Source: Eledone cirrhosa (lineage: Eukaryota). From it: DNA of 64,000 nucleotides. The stretch spans positions 12,834,001 to 12,898,000 of the forward strand of contig OZ024761.1 in the NCBI GenBank assembly GCA_964016885.1, written 5' to 3'. Positions 29,194 through 42,478 of this stretch are shown one piece after another; within the stretch, counting starts at the first letter, position 1; each line of letters starts with the position of its first letter. The position numbers and the translations under genes were made by a program. The notes under the pieces are model-generated. The model had not been told where the DNA came from. It saw only the letters and a program-made list of their open reading frames with translations, and made no database searches.

Positions 29194-30084
29194 GGAAGAT
29201 TCTACACCTAACTCATCTGACTGAGTACTGACTTGGTCTGTGACGAAACATAAGCAGAAGATAATGGATGTTAAACTGTGATAATGACAACAACAATGAT
29301 GATGATGATGATGAAATGAGATGCTTTACGAATCATTTCAAAAGATGTAGATGAATGCATAAGTAAATCTCTTAGGACAGAATACAGTAAAGTATTTTCT
29401 CTGATACTAACGATTCTACCAAAGCAATAGGAATATTAATATGATGATAATGATGATGATGTCACTGAAACTAGTGTATCCCCTTGCCCATTTTGTTTGG
29501 AACTGCATAAAATGAGTTAATTGAAGCAAATTATGAATGCAATAAGTCACACTTGGCAAAGTTAGAATTAAACTTGGCACCAATAATATTGTTTATAATG
29601 ATGTTGACATTTTAATACTCATTTTATTATCCTCATTACTTGTCTTATTTCAATAAACCTTTTTTTTTATATATTGCAAGTTTTTTTTTTTTTTCCATTG
29701 CACAATTGAGCACGGTTTTGACAGCCTTGGACATGTGCAGTGTTTTGTTTTGATTTTCTGCTTTTCTATTGACCTGAAGGTGGCGAATTAGTGGAGTCAT
29801 TAGAATGTCAGCTACTCTTGGGTCCCAAATAATAGGGGTGGATTGGGTATGGCATAAGCGGGGTGGGTGGGGTTGAAATTTGGTAATTTTTCTAGGTTGT
29901 CCCCATTGATTTTTTTTTTTTTTTTTTTTTAAAAACCAGTGTTAGTCATTTAGTTTACATATTGAGACCCCCAACCCATCCTATTTATTTTATAACGTAT
30001 GGGATTTCTAGTAATTTACTTTTTTTGTCATGTATAATGTTTTTTAATGTATAAAGAAAATAAATGTCGCAGGGATGTTACTAC

Positions 30085-30311
30085 TTAACCCTTTAGCATT
30101 TAAACCGGCCATATCCGGCCAGAATCTCTCACCTCTTTCTGTTCAAACCAGCTGTAATTGGCCACTCATATTGACGTTAAAGTATTGTTCTCAAAATAAA
30201 TATTATTAAAATCTCATAGATTCGATATTATGTGAGATATTATGTGAAATAAAGCCTTTATTGCAAAAATAGAATAGTAAATATAGCGTAATGTAAATGG
30301 TAAAGGGTTAA
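30085..30311. mobile_element. piggyBac-like MITE, intact 227 bp
   Basis: TTAACCCTTTAGCATTTA...TAAATGGTAAAGGGTTAA; further copies at 33064-33530 and 38415-38840. Confidence 0.85.
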
Positions 30312-31659
30312 AATAAAGTTTTGCCGAGATAGATTAGCAAAATAGAGAGGACAATGAAGATCATTCGAGATGCGAGAGTAGAATGTTTTGGGGGTATTCA
30401 TTCCAGCTCACTGTTGTCTGAGTTTAAATCCTGCCAAGATCAGTTTTGCCTCTCACCCTTTCCAATAAAGTACCAGTGAAATTCTGGGGGGTCAATCTTT
30501 CTTCTTTATTTCTTTCTCACTTCCTCTCTATCACTCCCTCATATATTCTGGAAGAAATCGTGTTCGGACATGGAGAGCAGATGGGCTCTGCCAGGTTTCA
30601 AATGTCTGAGGTATGATGTGTCGGTGGTGGTGGTGGTAGTAGTGGTAGTGGTGTATTGTGGTGGTGGTGGTGGTGTGTCAGGATAATGGTGGTTGTGGTG
30701 GTAATAGTGGTATATTATGGTGGTGGTGGTAGTGGTGTATTGTGGTGGTGGTGGTGTGTCAGGATAATGGTGGTTGTGGTGGTAATAGTGGTATATTATG
30801 GTGGTGGTGGTAGTATTGGTAGTGGTGTATTGTGGTGTATTGTGGTGGTGGTTGTGTTGGGGTGGTGGTGACGGCAGTGGTGGTAATAGTGGTAGTGGTG
30901 TATTGCTGTGGTGGTGGTTGTGTCAGGATGGTGGTGGTGGTTGTTGGAGTGGTGGTGACGGTGGTGGTATTGATGGTGGTGGTGATAATGAAAATGATGA
31001 TGGTGGTGATTCTGATGATGATGATAGTGGTGAAAATGATGATGATGATGGTGATGGTGGTGAAATTGATGTTGATGATTGTCATGGCGATAGTGGTGGA
31101 AATGATGGTGATGATGATGATGCTAAAATATGAAATACCAAATCAATAAGAAGCAGCCATACAGGAATTACTGTACAATATCAATAGTGCCAAAATAATA
31201 GAATTTCTCAAGGACAGCTGATCTTTTCATCAAGGAAATTGTCTGATTAGATAATAATCAATAAATGTCTGGTGAGGGGTGAGAGGGACATGAACTGGTG
31301 AGAGGGGGGGTGGGCAGGGACGGATGAGAAGGGGGAAGCAATGGGAGGGGGGGAGGCATGATAGGGGTGGACATGAATGGGTGAGAGGGGGGAGAGGAAT
31401 GGGACGCGTGAGGGGTGGAGACATGGGAGAGGTGAAAGGGGAAGGTATGATGGGAGGGGGGTGGAAAGGGATGGATGAAGAGGGAGGTATATGAGGGGGG
31501 AGGGAGGGATGAGTGAAGGTGGAGGAGGCATGACGGGGGCAAGTAAGGGGGATTAAATCGGCCCCAGTGCATTACTGGTATTTTATTTTATTGACCCCGT
31601 AAGGACGAAGGGCAAAGCTAACCTCAATGGGATAATGTACTGGGGCTTGATTTGACTTT

Positions 31660-32815
31660 CCCCTCCTCTTAAATTGCTGGCCTTGTGCCTAAATCAGAAA
31701 TTATTATTAAGGGCAGTGTATTGACAGTATCTGTAGGGCATTGGACACCCTGCTTTGTGGTATAGTTACATCCCTTTACATTCTGGGTACCAGTAATGAC
31801 CTGGTGTTGATTTAATCCACTTTGCCCTTTTTTCGCCCCAAATTGCTGGCCTTGTGCCTATGATAGAAACCATTATTATAGAGCATAGGACACCTTGCTT
31901 TGCAGCATAAAGTTACGGCCCTTTACGTTCTGAGTACCAGTAATGCCTTGGGCTTGATTTAATCAACTTTGCTCCCCCCCCCCCCCCTCCAAAAAAAAAA
32001 ATTGCAGGGCAGTGTATTGGCCGTATCGGTAGAGAGTCAGACGCCATGCTTTGCAGCATAGAGTTACGGCCCTTTACGGTCTGAGTTCAAATCCAACCGA
32101 GGTTAACTTTGCCTTTCATACTTATGAGGTCGATAAAATAAAGCACCAGTAATGTACTGGGGTCGATTTAATCGACTCCCCCCCCCCCCAATTGCTGGCC
32201 TTGTGCCTATATAAGAAACCATTATTATTATTATTATTATTATCTCGCCATGAGTAACCCTCGGAGGTTTCCTCCCTATTGGGGAATTTTTCATTGTTTC
32301 AATTTTCATTTTTATTGTTTATATTTATGTTTCTATGTCTTTTTCTTTTCTTATATAAATAATAAAAATCTTTACACGCACAAAACCCACATCGTACCAT
32401 ACCGTACCATACCGTACCATACCGTACCATACCGTACCATACAGTACCGTACCGTACCGTACCATACCGTACCATACCGTCCTGTACCGTCCTGTGCCGT
32501 CTGTAATGTTTTTCTTGATGTCAGCCCTTGTGGCCAATAAAGAAATCATTATTATTATTATTATAGGGCGGTGGATTGGCAGTATCGGTAGAGGGTCGGA
32601 CACCATGCTAGTGCGGTGGATTGGCAGTATCAGTAGAGGGTCGGACACCATGTTTTGCAGCATAGAGTTACGTCCCTTTACGATCTGAGTTCAAATTCCG
32701 CCGAGGTTGACTTTGCCTTTCATCCTTACGGGGTCGATTAAATAAAGTACCAGTAATGCACTGGGTAATTGCTGGCCTTGTGCCTAAAGTAGAAACATTA
32801 TTATTATTATTATTA
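31660..32815 (+). mobile_element. Head-to-tail cluster of SINEs and a Tx1 3' end separated by (ATT)n
   Basis: Reverse-complement counterpart of the 16183-17340 composition; Tx1 3' UTR at about 32240-32550 is near-identical to 16183-16500. Confidence 0.75.
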
Positions 32816-33105
32816 TTCTTATTCTACACTGGTTTATCTTCCAAACATATCAGACAACTGAGCTAAATTCAGTTAAAAGATAAGATAAAGACATTAACAA
32901 CTTTACACATTTTACATTTGTTTTTATTTCTGTTTCTATATTTTTGTTATCTCTCTTAGAAATTAACAAATAAATACATTTCTGGCATAATTCACAAGAA
33001 GACATTTTTACCATTATTTTTAGATTTTCTTATAAGTATTTTCAATTTTTTTATTCAAAAGCGTAACCCTTTAGCATTTAAACTGGCTATATATATATAT
33101 ATATA

Positions 33106-33305
33106 AGTGTCACCATACCGAGAACAATTGTTTCACCTTAGCAGATCCTCAGCTCGTAATGCTCATTACGAGCTGGGGATCCGCTAAGGTGAAACAATTG
33201 TTCTCGGTATGGTAAACTAACTGTTGTGTTACCACTTTTACCTAACTCGTCCCTTGGACTGAGTGCTCTACCACTACGGTTATTACCTTCCAGTGTTCTA
33301 CCACT
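33106..33305 (+). mobile_element. Fold-back Penelope-like terminus inserted in a TA run inside a piggyBac-like MITE
   Basis: About 50-bp arms (33112-33213); GAAACAATTGT palindromic stem-III-like motif; TA runs on both sides. Confidence 0.6.
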
Positions 33306-33574
33306 ATATATATATATATGTATCTGGCCCAGAATTTTTTTTGCCCTTTCTTTGAAACTGGCCGTAATCAGCAGCTCACACCTACATTAAGATATTGTTC
33401 TTAAAATAAACAATAGCATCATAAAAATCTTGTCGACTTGAGATTATGAGAGATAATTATGAGATAAATTCTTTACCGTGAAAAAAAATACTGTAGTATA
33501 TATAGAGTAATGTAAATGTTAAAAGGTTAAGCTATGTAGAGTGCGAGAATGTACTATGTACGCTTGGTGTGGCC

Positions 33575-34150
33575 TTTTGACTCATCTGAGAAGTTGCTGA
33601 TGGCATGTCCAACCCCTTGGTCAGTCGGAGAGGTCAGTGATGACAACCTCTTCAACGACACGGACTGTCTGAGAGGCTGCTCAGACTATTTGAGAGGTCA
33701 CTGATGACCACCTGTTAAGCCACTCTGCCCATCTGAGATGTCAGTAGCCCTCTGGTCCTTCGGCCCATCTCAGAGGTCACTGATGACCCATACTCCACCT
33801 CAGACCATCTGAGAGGTCACTGATGGCTTGTCCAACCCTTCAGACCATCTGAGAGGTTACTGATGGCCTGTCCAACCCCTTGGCCCATCTGAGAGGCCAG
33901 AAGCTCTGTGGGGCCTCGGCCCATCTGAGAGGCCAGAAGCTCTGTGGCCCCTCGGCCCATCTGAGAGGCCAGAAGCTCTGTGGCGCCTCGGCCCATCTGA
34001 GAGGCCAGAAGCTCTGTGGCCCCTCGGCCCATCTGAGAGGCCAGAAGCTCTGTGGCCCCTCGGCCCATCTGAGAGGCCAGAAGCTCTGTGGCCCCTCGGC
34101 CCATCTGAGAGGCCAGAAACTCTGTGGCCCCTCGGCCCATCTGAGTAGCT
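33575..34150. repeat. 36-bp GC-rich minisatellite (7 homogeneous copies plus degenerate 5' copies)
   Basis: Unit GGCCCATCTGAGAGGCCAGAAGCTCTGTGGCCCCTC. Confidence 0.9.
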
Positions 34151-34360
34151 CTAAGTACTGACTTGGTCTGCGATGTCCTACCCAACCAACCCATGCTAAC
34201 ATGGAAAATGGACATTAAAGGGTAATGAGGGCGATGTTGAGGATGATGATGGTGGGGATGGAGGGGATGATGATGCTGATGGAGGGGATGATGGGGATGA
34301 TATCTGGTCTACATCTGTTATTAATAAGATGAATTTCTAAATTTTGGTTTTGGCACTGGA

Positions 34361-34397
<37 letters not shown>

Positions 34398-34580
34398 CTA
34401 TCAGTCTATATATGTGTGTGTGTGTGTGTATATATGTATGTGTGTATATATGTCTGTGTGTGTGTTTATATACATGTGTATATATATATATGTGTGTGTG
34501 TGTGTTAGTATACACATATATATATATATATATGTATTTATATACATGTATATATGTGTGTGTGTGTTTATATACATGAG

Positions 34581-34614
<34 letters not shown>

Positions 34615-34742
34615 CGTGTTAGTATACATATGTGTGTATGTGTGTGTGTTAGTATACATATATATGTGTGTGTGTTAGTATACATATATGTGTGTGTGTG
34701 TGTTTATATACATATATATATATATGTGTGTGTTTGTATATT

Positions 34743-34775
<33 letters not shown>

Positions 34776-34941
34776 TTGTATACATATATATATGCATATA
34801 TATATATTAGAACAAAACCGTCTAACCCATGCTAGCGTGGAAGATGGTCGTTAAACGATGATGATGATGATATATGTGTGAATATACACATGTATATATA
34901 TGTGTGTGTATCTATATATATGTGTGTGTGTATATATATAT

Positions 34942-35137
34942 ATAGGAAAATGTTAGACCCCAACGGCAGAGCTCAAGCCGTTTCGATGGCTTTCTTTCAG
35001 TCCAGAATTAGCCGTCGAAACGGCTTGAACTCTGCCGTTGGGGTCTAACATTTTCCTATTACCCACTCTACTACCCTAAGTATTGAATACTCTGGTGCGT
35101 TATGGTCCACCTGGTTCCTTACCACACTTCCTTTGTT
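34942..35137 (+). mobile_element. Penelope-like terminus, family A, fold-back
   Basis: Arms 34942-35059; contains TAGCCGTC-GAAA-CGGC...GCCGT; flanked by (TA)n. Confidence 0.65.
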
Positions 35138-35196
35138 ATATATATATATATATATATATGTGTGTATCTATATGCATATATATATGTGTGTGTGTG

Positions 35197-35243
<47 letters not shown>

Positions 35244-35916
35244 GTTGGAGGTGAGTTTTATTGTAGTACAATAAAGCAATGCAGATATCGGATAAGAAGC
35301 ACTCTACAGTTTGTAGGACTGGAGTATACATAATATATAAGATCAAAAGATGGTTAAATGAGTTCCATGTATTTTATTATGCGCATTTCAAAAACAAATA
35401 TCATCATGCAATAACATTTGTGTTTTCATCAGATAAAATAGGAGGGCATGATATGAAGGTTAAAAACACTTGTGGATAGTGCAGTTTTAAATCAACATAT
35501 AAATCATCATCATCATTTTACGTCCGCTTTTCCCTGCTTGCAAGGGTGGGACTAAATGCGCATAATAAAATACATGGAACTCATTTAACCATCTTTTGAT
35601 CTTATATATTATATATATATATGTGTGTGTGTGTGTATGTATATAATTTTGCATTTTTCAAACCCTTTTTTTCATGGTGTAGGGGTAGGGTTGTTGGGGT
35701 CATGGTTGTGTGCTGGGAGTTTGATCCCCTGCCCTGCTCCCGAACCAGGTGGCGTGTTGTATTCTTGAGCAAGACTCTTTATTTCACGTTGCTTCAATCT
35801 CCTCAGCTAGCAAAATTGATGGATTGTACCTCTAATTAAAGGAGACAGCATCGTCTCACATTATCATGCTGAATCTCCCTGAGAAGTAAGTTAGTTGTCT
35901 GTAGAATTCTCAGTGA

Positions 35917-36160
35917 AGGCACATGGCTTAGTGGTCAGAGCATTGGCCTTGCAATCGAAAGGTTGTGAGTTCAATTCTCAGACCGGGTGATGTGTTGTTT
36001 CCTTGAGCAAGACACTTTATTTCACATTGCTCCAGTTTACTCAGCTGTAGAAATGAGATGATAGGGACTGGGGTCCCTACCATTAAATTACCCAAGACGC
36101 CTTCAACGAGATATACCTTGGAGGAGGCCAGCTAAACCTGCATAGGTGTGAGCTGTAGCA
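35917..36160 (+). mobile_element. tRNA-derived SINE (second family)
   Basis: Near-identical to 7797-8030; A and B boxes; related copies at about 46948-47080 and 41070-41185 (-). Confidence 0.85.
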
Positions 36161-36309
36161 AAAACAACAACAGCAACTACAGAATGCTCAGCCACTTGCA
36201 TGTTAGTTTCACAAGCAGGCAGTTCCGTTGTTTGAATCAACTGACTGGGACACTTGTCGGAAATGGCGGACGTCCGGCCAACAACTGTGTGAAAGACTTT
36301 ACAGGATGT

Positions 36310-38365
36310 TGTTGGTATTGTTGTTTGTGGTGGTGGTGGTGGTGTGGTGATGTTAGTGGTGGTGGTGTGGTGATGTTAGTGGTGGTGGTGGTGGTGGTGT
36401 TGTTTGTGGTGTTGGTGGTGTGGTGATGTTAGTGGTGGTGGTGGTGGTGTGGTGATGTTAGTGGTGATGTTAGTGGTGGTGGTGGTGGTGTGGTGATGTT
36501 AGTGGTGGTGGTGGTGGTGTTGTTGTTTGTGGTGGTGGTGGTGGTGTGGTGATGTTAGTGGTGGTGGTGGTGGTGTGGTGATGTTAGTGGTGGTGGTGGT
36601 GGTGTTGTTGTTTGTGGTGTTGGTGGTGGTGGTGTGGTGATGTTAGTGGTGGTGGTGGTGGTGTGGTGATGTTAGTGGTGGTGGTGTGGTGATGTTAGTG
36701 GTGGTGTTGTTGTTGTTGTTGTTTGTGGTGGTGTGGGTGGTGGTGGTAGTAGATGGTGGTGGTGTGGTTGGTGGTGGTGTTGGTATTGTTGGTATTGTTG
36801 TTTGTGGTGGTGGTGGTGTTGTTGGTGTGGTGATGTTTGTGGTGGTGTTGTCTGTGGTGGTGGTGTGGGTGGTGGTAGATGGTAGTGGTGGTGTTGGTGG
36901 TGTTATTGTTTGTGGCGGTGTAGGTGGGGGTGGTGTTTTAGTGTTAGTGGTAGTAGGTGGTGGTGTTGGTGTTGTTGTTTGTGGTGGTGTGGGTGGTGGT
37001 GGTGATAGTGGTAGTAGTGGTGGTGTTAGTGGTAGTGTTAGTAGTGGTAGTAGTGGTGGTGGTGTTAGTGTTGGTGGTAGTGTTGGTGGTAGTAGGTGGT
37101 GGTAGTAATAGTAGTAGTAGTGGTGGTGTTAGTGTTGGTGGTAGTAGGTGGTGGTGATAGTGGTAGTAGTGGTGGTGTTAGTGTTGGTGGTAGTAGTGGT
37201 GGTGTTAGTGTTGGTGGTAGTAGTGGTGGTGTTAGTGGTGGTGTTAGTGTTGGTGGTAGTGTTGGTGGTAGTAGGTGGTAGTAGTAATGTTCTCCAGATT
37301 CTAAAGATTTCCATGAAAAAAATGTCATTTAATGAAAGGAGTGGAGAATGGAAGTGTGGCAGAGGTGGTGGTATGTGGTGGTGGTGGTGGTGGTGGTGGT
37401 GGCAGAGGTGGTGGTGGTGGTGGTGGTGGTGGTATGTGGTGGTGGAGCAGTGGTGGTAGTGGTGGAAGCAGTGGTGGTGGTGGTGGTGGTGGTGGAGGCA
37501 GTGGTGGTGGGGGTGGTATGTGGTAGTGATGGTCGTGGTATGTGGTGGTGGAGCAGTGGTGGTGGTGGTATGTGGTGGTGGTGGTGGTGGTGGAGGCAGT
37601 GGTGGTGGGGGTGGTATGTGGTGGTGGTATGTGGTGGTGATGGTCGTGGTATGTGGTGATGGTCGTGGTATGTGGTGGTGGTAGTGGAGGCAGTGGTGGT
37701 GGTATGTGGTAGTGATGGTCGTGGTATGTGGTGGTGGTAGTGGAGGCAGTGGTGGTGGTGGTGGTGGAGGCAGTGGTGGTGGTGGAGGCAGTGGTGGTGG
37801 TGGTGGTGGAGGCGGTGGTGGTGGTGGAGGCAGTGGTGGTGGTGGTGGTGGAGGTGGTGGTGGTGGTGGAGGCAGTGGTGGTGGTGGTGGTGGAGGCAGT
37901 GGTGGTGGAAGAAATGGTGTAGATAGAAAGAAGTGTGGCAGGCCTGAAGGAAGGAGAGAGGACTTGGAGGATGTAGTGGTGGCGGTGTGGTGTGGTGGTG
38001 GTGTGGTGTGGTGTGGTGGTGTGGTGTGGTGTGGTGGTGTGGTGTTGTGGTGTGGTGTGGTGTGGTGGTGGAGGTGGTAGATTTTGCACTTAGTGACAAT
38101 GTGAAACAGAAAAGATATGTATATGAAGGAGTGGTAGTGGTAGTAATAGTGGTGGTGGTGGTAGTAGTGGCAGTGGTAGTAGTGGTAGTGGTGGTGGTAG
38201 TAGTAGTGGTGTGGTGGTGGTAGTAGTAGTGGTGTGGTGGTGGTAGTAGTGGTGGTGGTGGTGGTAGTAGTAGTGGTGGTGGTGGTGGTGGTGGTAGTAG
38301 TGGCAGAGGTAGTAATAGTGGTAGTAGTAGTAATAGTAGTGGTGGTGGTGGTGGTGGTAGTAGTG
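36310..38365. repeat. (GGT)n-based low-complexity region
   Basis: Compound GGT/GTA/GGA trinucleotide repeats; artefact ORFs in all frames. Confidence 0.9.
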
Positions 38366-38841
38366 GGGGGCGGGAATTGATTATATTAACTCAGTACTTG
38401 ACTAGTACTTTATATTGACCCTTTAACATTTACATTACTCTATATATACTATTGTATTTTCACAGTAAAGGCTTTACCTCACATAATATCTCACATAGCA
38501 TTGAATTTACAAGATTTTGATGTTATTTATTTTGAGAACAATACCTTAACATCAGTATGAGCAGCCAGTTATGGTCAGTTTGAACAGAAAGAGGTGAGAG
38601 AATACTGGCCAGAAATGGCCGGTTTAACCCTTTAGCATTTAAACTGGCCGTATCCGGCCAGAATTCTTTCACCTCTTTCTGTTCAAACCAACTGTATCTG
38701 GCCGCTCATACTTATGTTAAGGTATTGTTCTCAAAATAAATAACATCAAAATCTCATAGATTCGAAATTATGTGAGATAATTATGTGAGGTAAAGCCTTT
38801 ACTGTGAAAATATAATAATAAATATAGAGTAATGTAAATGG

Positions 38842-39630
38842 CATCTTTACTTTGGTATTTGTGCCAAATTTTACCTATGGTTGTGAATCTTGGGTAATGA
38901 TTGAAAGAATGCCATTGTGAATACAAGTGTCTGAAATGGGGTTCCTCTGAGGGGTCTTTGGAGTAATGTTACTTGATATGGTGCCTAGCTCAGAGATCAG
39001 AGAATCAGTTCAAGTTGAGCCTCTACTTCACTCAATTGAGAGATCACAGCTCTGATATTATTGCCATGTGGTTAGAATATCTCAGGAAATAATCACTGGA
39101 CAGATTTATAGCTCAGAGATCAGAGAGTCACTCCAGGTAGAGCTGCTATTTCTCCGAATTGAGAGATCACAGCTCTGATACTATGGACATGTGGTTAGAA
39201 TATCTCAGGAAATAATCACTGGACAGATTTATAGCTCAGAGATCAGAGAGTTACTCCAGGTAGAGCTGCTATTTCTCCGAATTGAGAGATCACAGCTCTG
39301 ATACTATGGACATGTGGTTAGAATATCTCAGGAAATAATCACTGGACAGATTTATAGCTCAGAGATCAGAGAGTCACTCCAGGTAGAGCTGCTATTTCTC
39401 TGAATTGAGAGATCACAGCTCAGGAAAGAATCACTGGACATTCTATGGGTGAAACCAACCGGCAGGAGACCCAGTGATAGACTCGGAGCAAGATTGTTGG
39501 ATAACATACACAACCTCGGTGTTGCTTGGAGATCCAGCCTGATTAATAGGAGCCTATGGGAGGTGTGTCTGAGGATGACCCTGTCATGAATACCCTGATG
39601 ACCCTGTCAGGAATAAGTGGGTAAATAAGA
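38842..39630 (+). mobile_element. RTE-type LINE 3' fragment with 123-bp tandem repeat (about 3.5 copies)
   Basis: TYGCESW...SEMGFL...SSEIRES...IERSQL...GRRP; unit starts at 38987, 39110, 39233, 39356. Confidence 0.8.
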
Positions 39631-40335
39631 AGAATAGGAAAGTTGCTTTGTAGTAGCTTACAACAAACTAACATACTTTTGAAATTCATCTTCTGCTTTG
39701 TTTTTCTCTCTCTAAACTGTGTAAACTGTCAAAATGGTAGAAATGTAGAAATTGTAGGAGAATCTTTGACCTTTTTCACCCAATAAACAAATTGAAGAGA
39801 TTGTGACAGGACTTCTGTTGTGGAAAATGTCAGTGTTAATGGGGACCAATTGTAGGAATAGTATCAGTTTATGTGCAAGTTTGCCGCAGGACATTGGTGA
39901 CATGTGTGGAGTGGGAACTGGAGTTGGTGAGGACAGTGGTCGGTGAGGTGGAGATGTCCATTAACCTTTCCCTATAAACATACCACAACAGAAATACAAA
40001 TCAACTTTATGTTCATATAGTGTTTTGTTGTTTTATTATGGAAAGATTTTTACTTTATACAACAGTAATAACAACAATAACAGTAACTATAACAATTATA
40101 ACACTAACACTAGCAAGAACAGTAACAGCAACAATAACAACAGCAACAATAACAACAGTAACATCAATAACAGTAACAACAACAGTAAGAAGTGCTACAA
40201 TGTCTTAATAACACATATTGACTTTATACATTGTGTACGAGTCCTTAATTCACTGTTGTATTGTGTGTATTTGTTTATATATATATATATATATATATCA
40301 TCACACACACACACATGATATATGTATATATATAT

Positions 40336-40730
40336 AGGGGGTAATCCCAAAAGTAAGATCTCCAAAGCGATGGGGACGCAGAGAAACTGTTCGTACGGCT
40401 GTTGGCAACACTGTTGTGATTGGTGCTTCCTTCACTCCCAAACAAGCATGCGCGCGCTTCGCTGCGATGCTCAATCTTGGCTTGGGAGCCGTTGAGAATG
40501 GAGCTCCCGTTGAACGCTACCACCTAGTACGAATTTCACGCAGTTATTATATAGAGGGCAATCCCAAAAGTAAGGTCTCCTTCCCAGGAAAACATGCGTA
40601 AAGATCGGCGGATCACTCTGGATGCTCTCTGCATTTTGGTTCCTGAGGTTTCCCGAAGCACCATCCACAGGATTTTAATGGAAAAGTTGCAATATTGGAA
40701 GGAGACCTTACATTTGGGATTGCCCTCGTA
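40336..40730 (+). mobile_element. Mariner-family remnants: a 5' end fragment plus an internally deleted TIR-bounded copy (40552-40730)
   Basis: TIR GAGGGCAATCCCAAAAGTAAGGTCTCC / GGAGACCTTACATTTGGGATTGCCCTCG with TA ends; peptide RKDRRITLDALC...VSRSTIHRILMEKLQY is a mariner HTH. Confidence 0.85.
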
Positions 40731-41214
40731 TATATTATATATATATTTGAAAAAAAGGAAAAGAATGACTTCACATGTCGTGTTAACAAATTTTTTGATT
40801 TAATTTTATAATATTATAATATTATGAGTTGGTAATTATAATATTATAAAATTAAATCAAAAAATTTTTTAACATTACAAGTGAAGTCATTCTTTTCCTT
40901 TTTTTCAAATATACCTAACTGTACCAAGGATCTCACACATTTTCCAATATATATATATATATATGAAAGGGTCGATCGACTTTCGTAAAATTGGACCGAG
41001 GAAACAATGTTTCCGTTGGTCTTTCCAATTGCTAATACTATCTATCGGTCGCAACTCCAGGTAGAAGGAGCAACGTGAAATAAAATGTCTTGCTCAAGGA
41101 CATAACGCATCGCCTGGTCCAGGAATCGAACTCACAACCTCAAGATTGTGAATCCAATTCTCTAACCACTCAGCCACACGTCTTCACATAATATATATAT
41201 ATATATATATCTTC

Positions 41215-41249
<35 letters not shown>

Positions 41250-41544
41250 CGTTATCACTGTTTAACGTCCATTTTTTTTCACGCTATCATGGGTCAGATG
41301 AGTTGTCCTGTTGTGAGCAATGCCAGGTCAGGTGACCATGTCTTGCTCATACAGAACTGATTTTGGCTTGGTATCTACAGCTGGATGCTCTTCCTAACAC
41401 CAACCACTTTTGCAGTGTATACTGGGTGTTTTATATATATATATATATAAATCAGCATATATAGAGAGGTACACATAGATCCGAAATCGGATCTAGCTGT
41501 CGAAACGGCCAGAGCTCAGCCATCAGGGTCCTGACTCTTTGCAT

Positions 41545-41875
41545 ATCATCATCATCATCATCACTTTACGTCCGCTTTTCCCTGCTTGCAAGGGTTGGAC
41601 AGGTCCTATTCATCGCGGTCCTTCGTCATCTCCTCGGTGAGTTTCAGCGATCTGAGGTCTGCTCTCACCAACTCCGCCCATGTTTTTCGTGGTCTACCTC
41701 TACTGCTTCTTCCCTCCACTGGGACTTCCTGGCACTTCTTCACCCATCAGTCATCCTCCATGCGCATCACATGTCCATACCATCTCAGCCTTCTCTCTTG
41801 CACACCACAACTTATCCCTCTTATACCCAGTTTCTTTCTCAACTCGTCTATGCTTGGTCGTTCACGCACATTGAC
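41545..41875 (-). mobile_element. RTE LINE 3' fragment
   Basis: Same family as 46235-46571 and 27032-27432; (GAT)n tail. Confidence 0.85.
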
Positions 41876-41998
41876 ATATATATATATATAGACAGTTGAT
41901 CGACTTTCGTTAAATTGGACTGATGAAACAATGTTTCCATTGGTCTTTCCAATTGCTAATACTATCTATCGGCCACAACTCCAGGTAGAAGGATGAAT

Positions 41999-42036
<38 letters not shown>

Positions 42037-42113
42037 AAGTTTTATTTAAATTGTTGGGTTACAACGAGTAAATATTTATAACTGATATAAAAGCACTCAA
42101 CAAGTATTTGGAG

Positions 42114-42478
42114 TATATTTACGATATTAAATAAATGGAAACTATATTTATAAAACCATATCTATTTCATTATATATATTTCAGGGATATCATATTAAAA
42201 ATATGGTATGCCTTATTCAGACAAAATACAATATAAACAGTCTTATAAATAGATAGATTTGACATACCTTACAACTTCAACTTCCATTTAAAAAGTTGAT
42301 TTAAATGGAAGTTGAAGTTGTAAGGTATGTCAAATCTATCTATTTATAAGACTGTTTATATTGTATTTTGTCTGAATAAGGCATACCATATTTTTAATAT
42401 GATATCCCTGAAATATATATAATGAAATAAATATGGTTTTATAAATATAGTTTCCATTTATTTAATATCGTAAATATA
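42114..42478. repeat. Near-perfect palindrome, 179-bp arms, 7-nt loop
   Basis: 42114-42292 is the reverse complement of 42300-42478 with one mismatch seen; right end runs into TA. Confidence 0.95.

Noticed and set aside
39860-39972. Minus-strand terminal exon ERLMDISTSPTTVLTNSSSHSTHVTNVLRQTCT*
   Set aside because: Only an acceptor-like AG; low-information peptide and no recognised homology.
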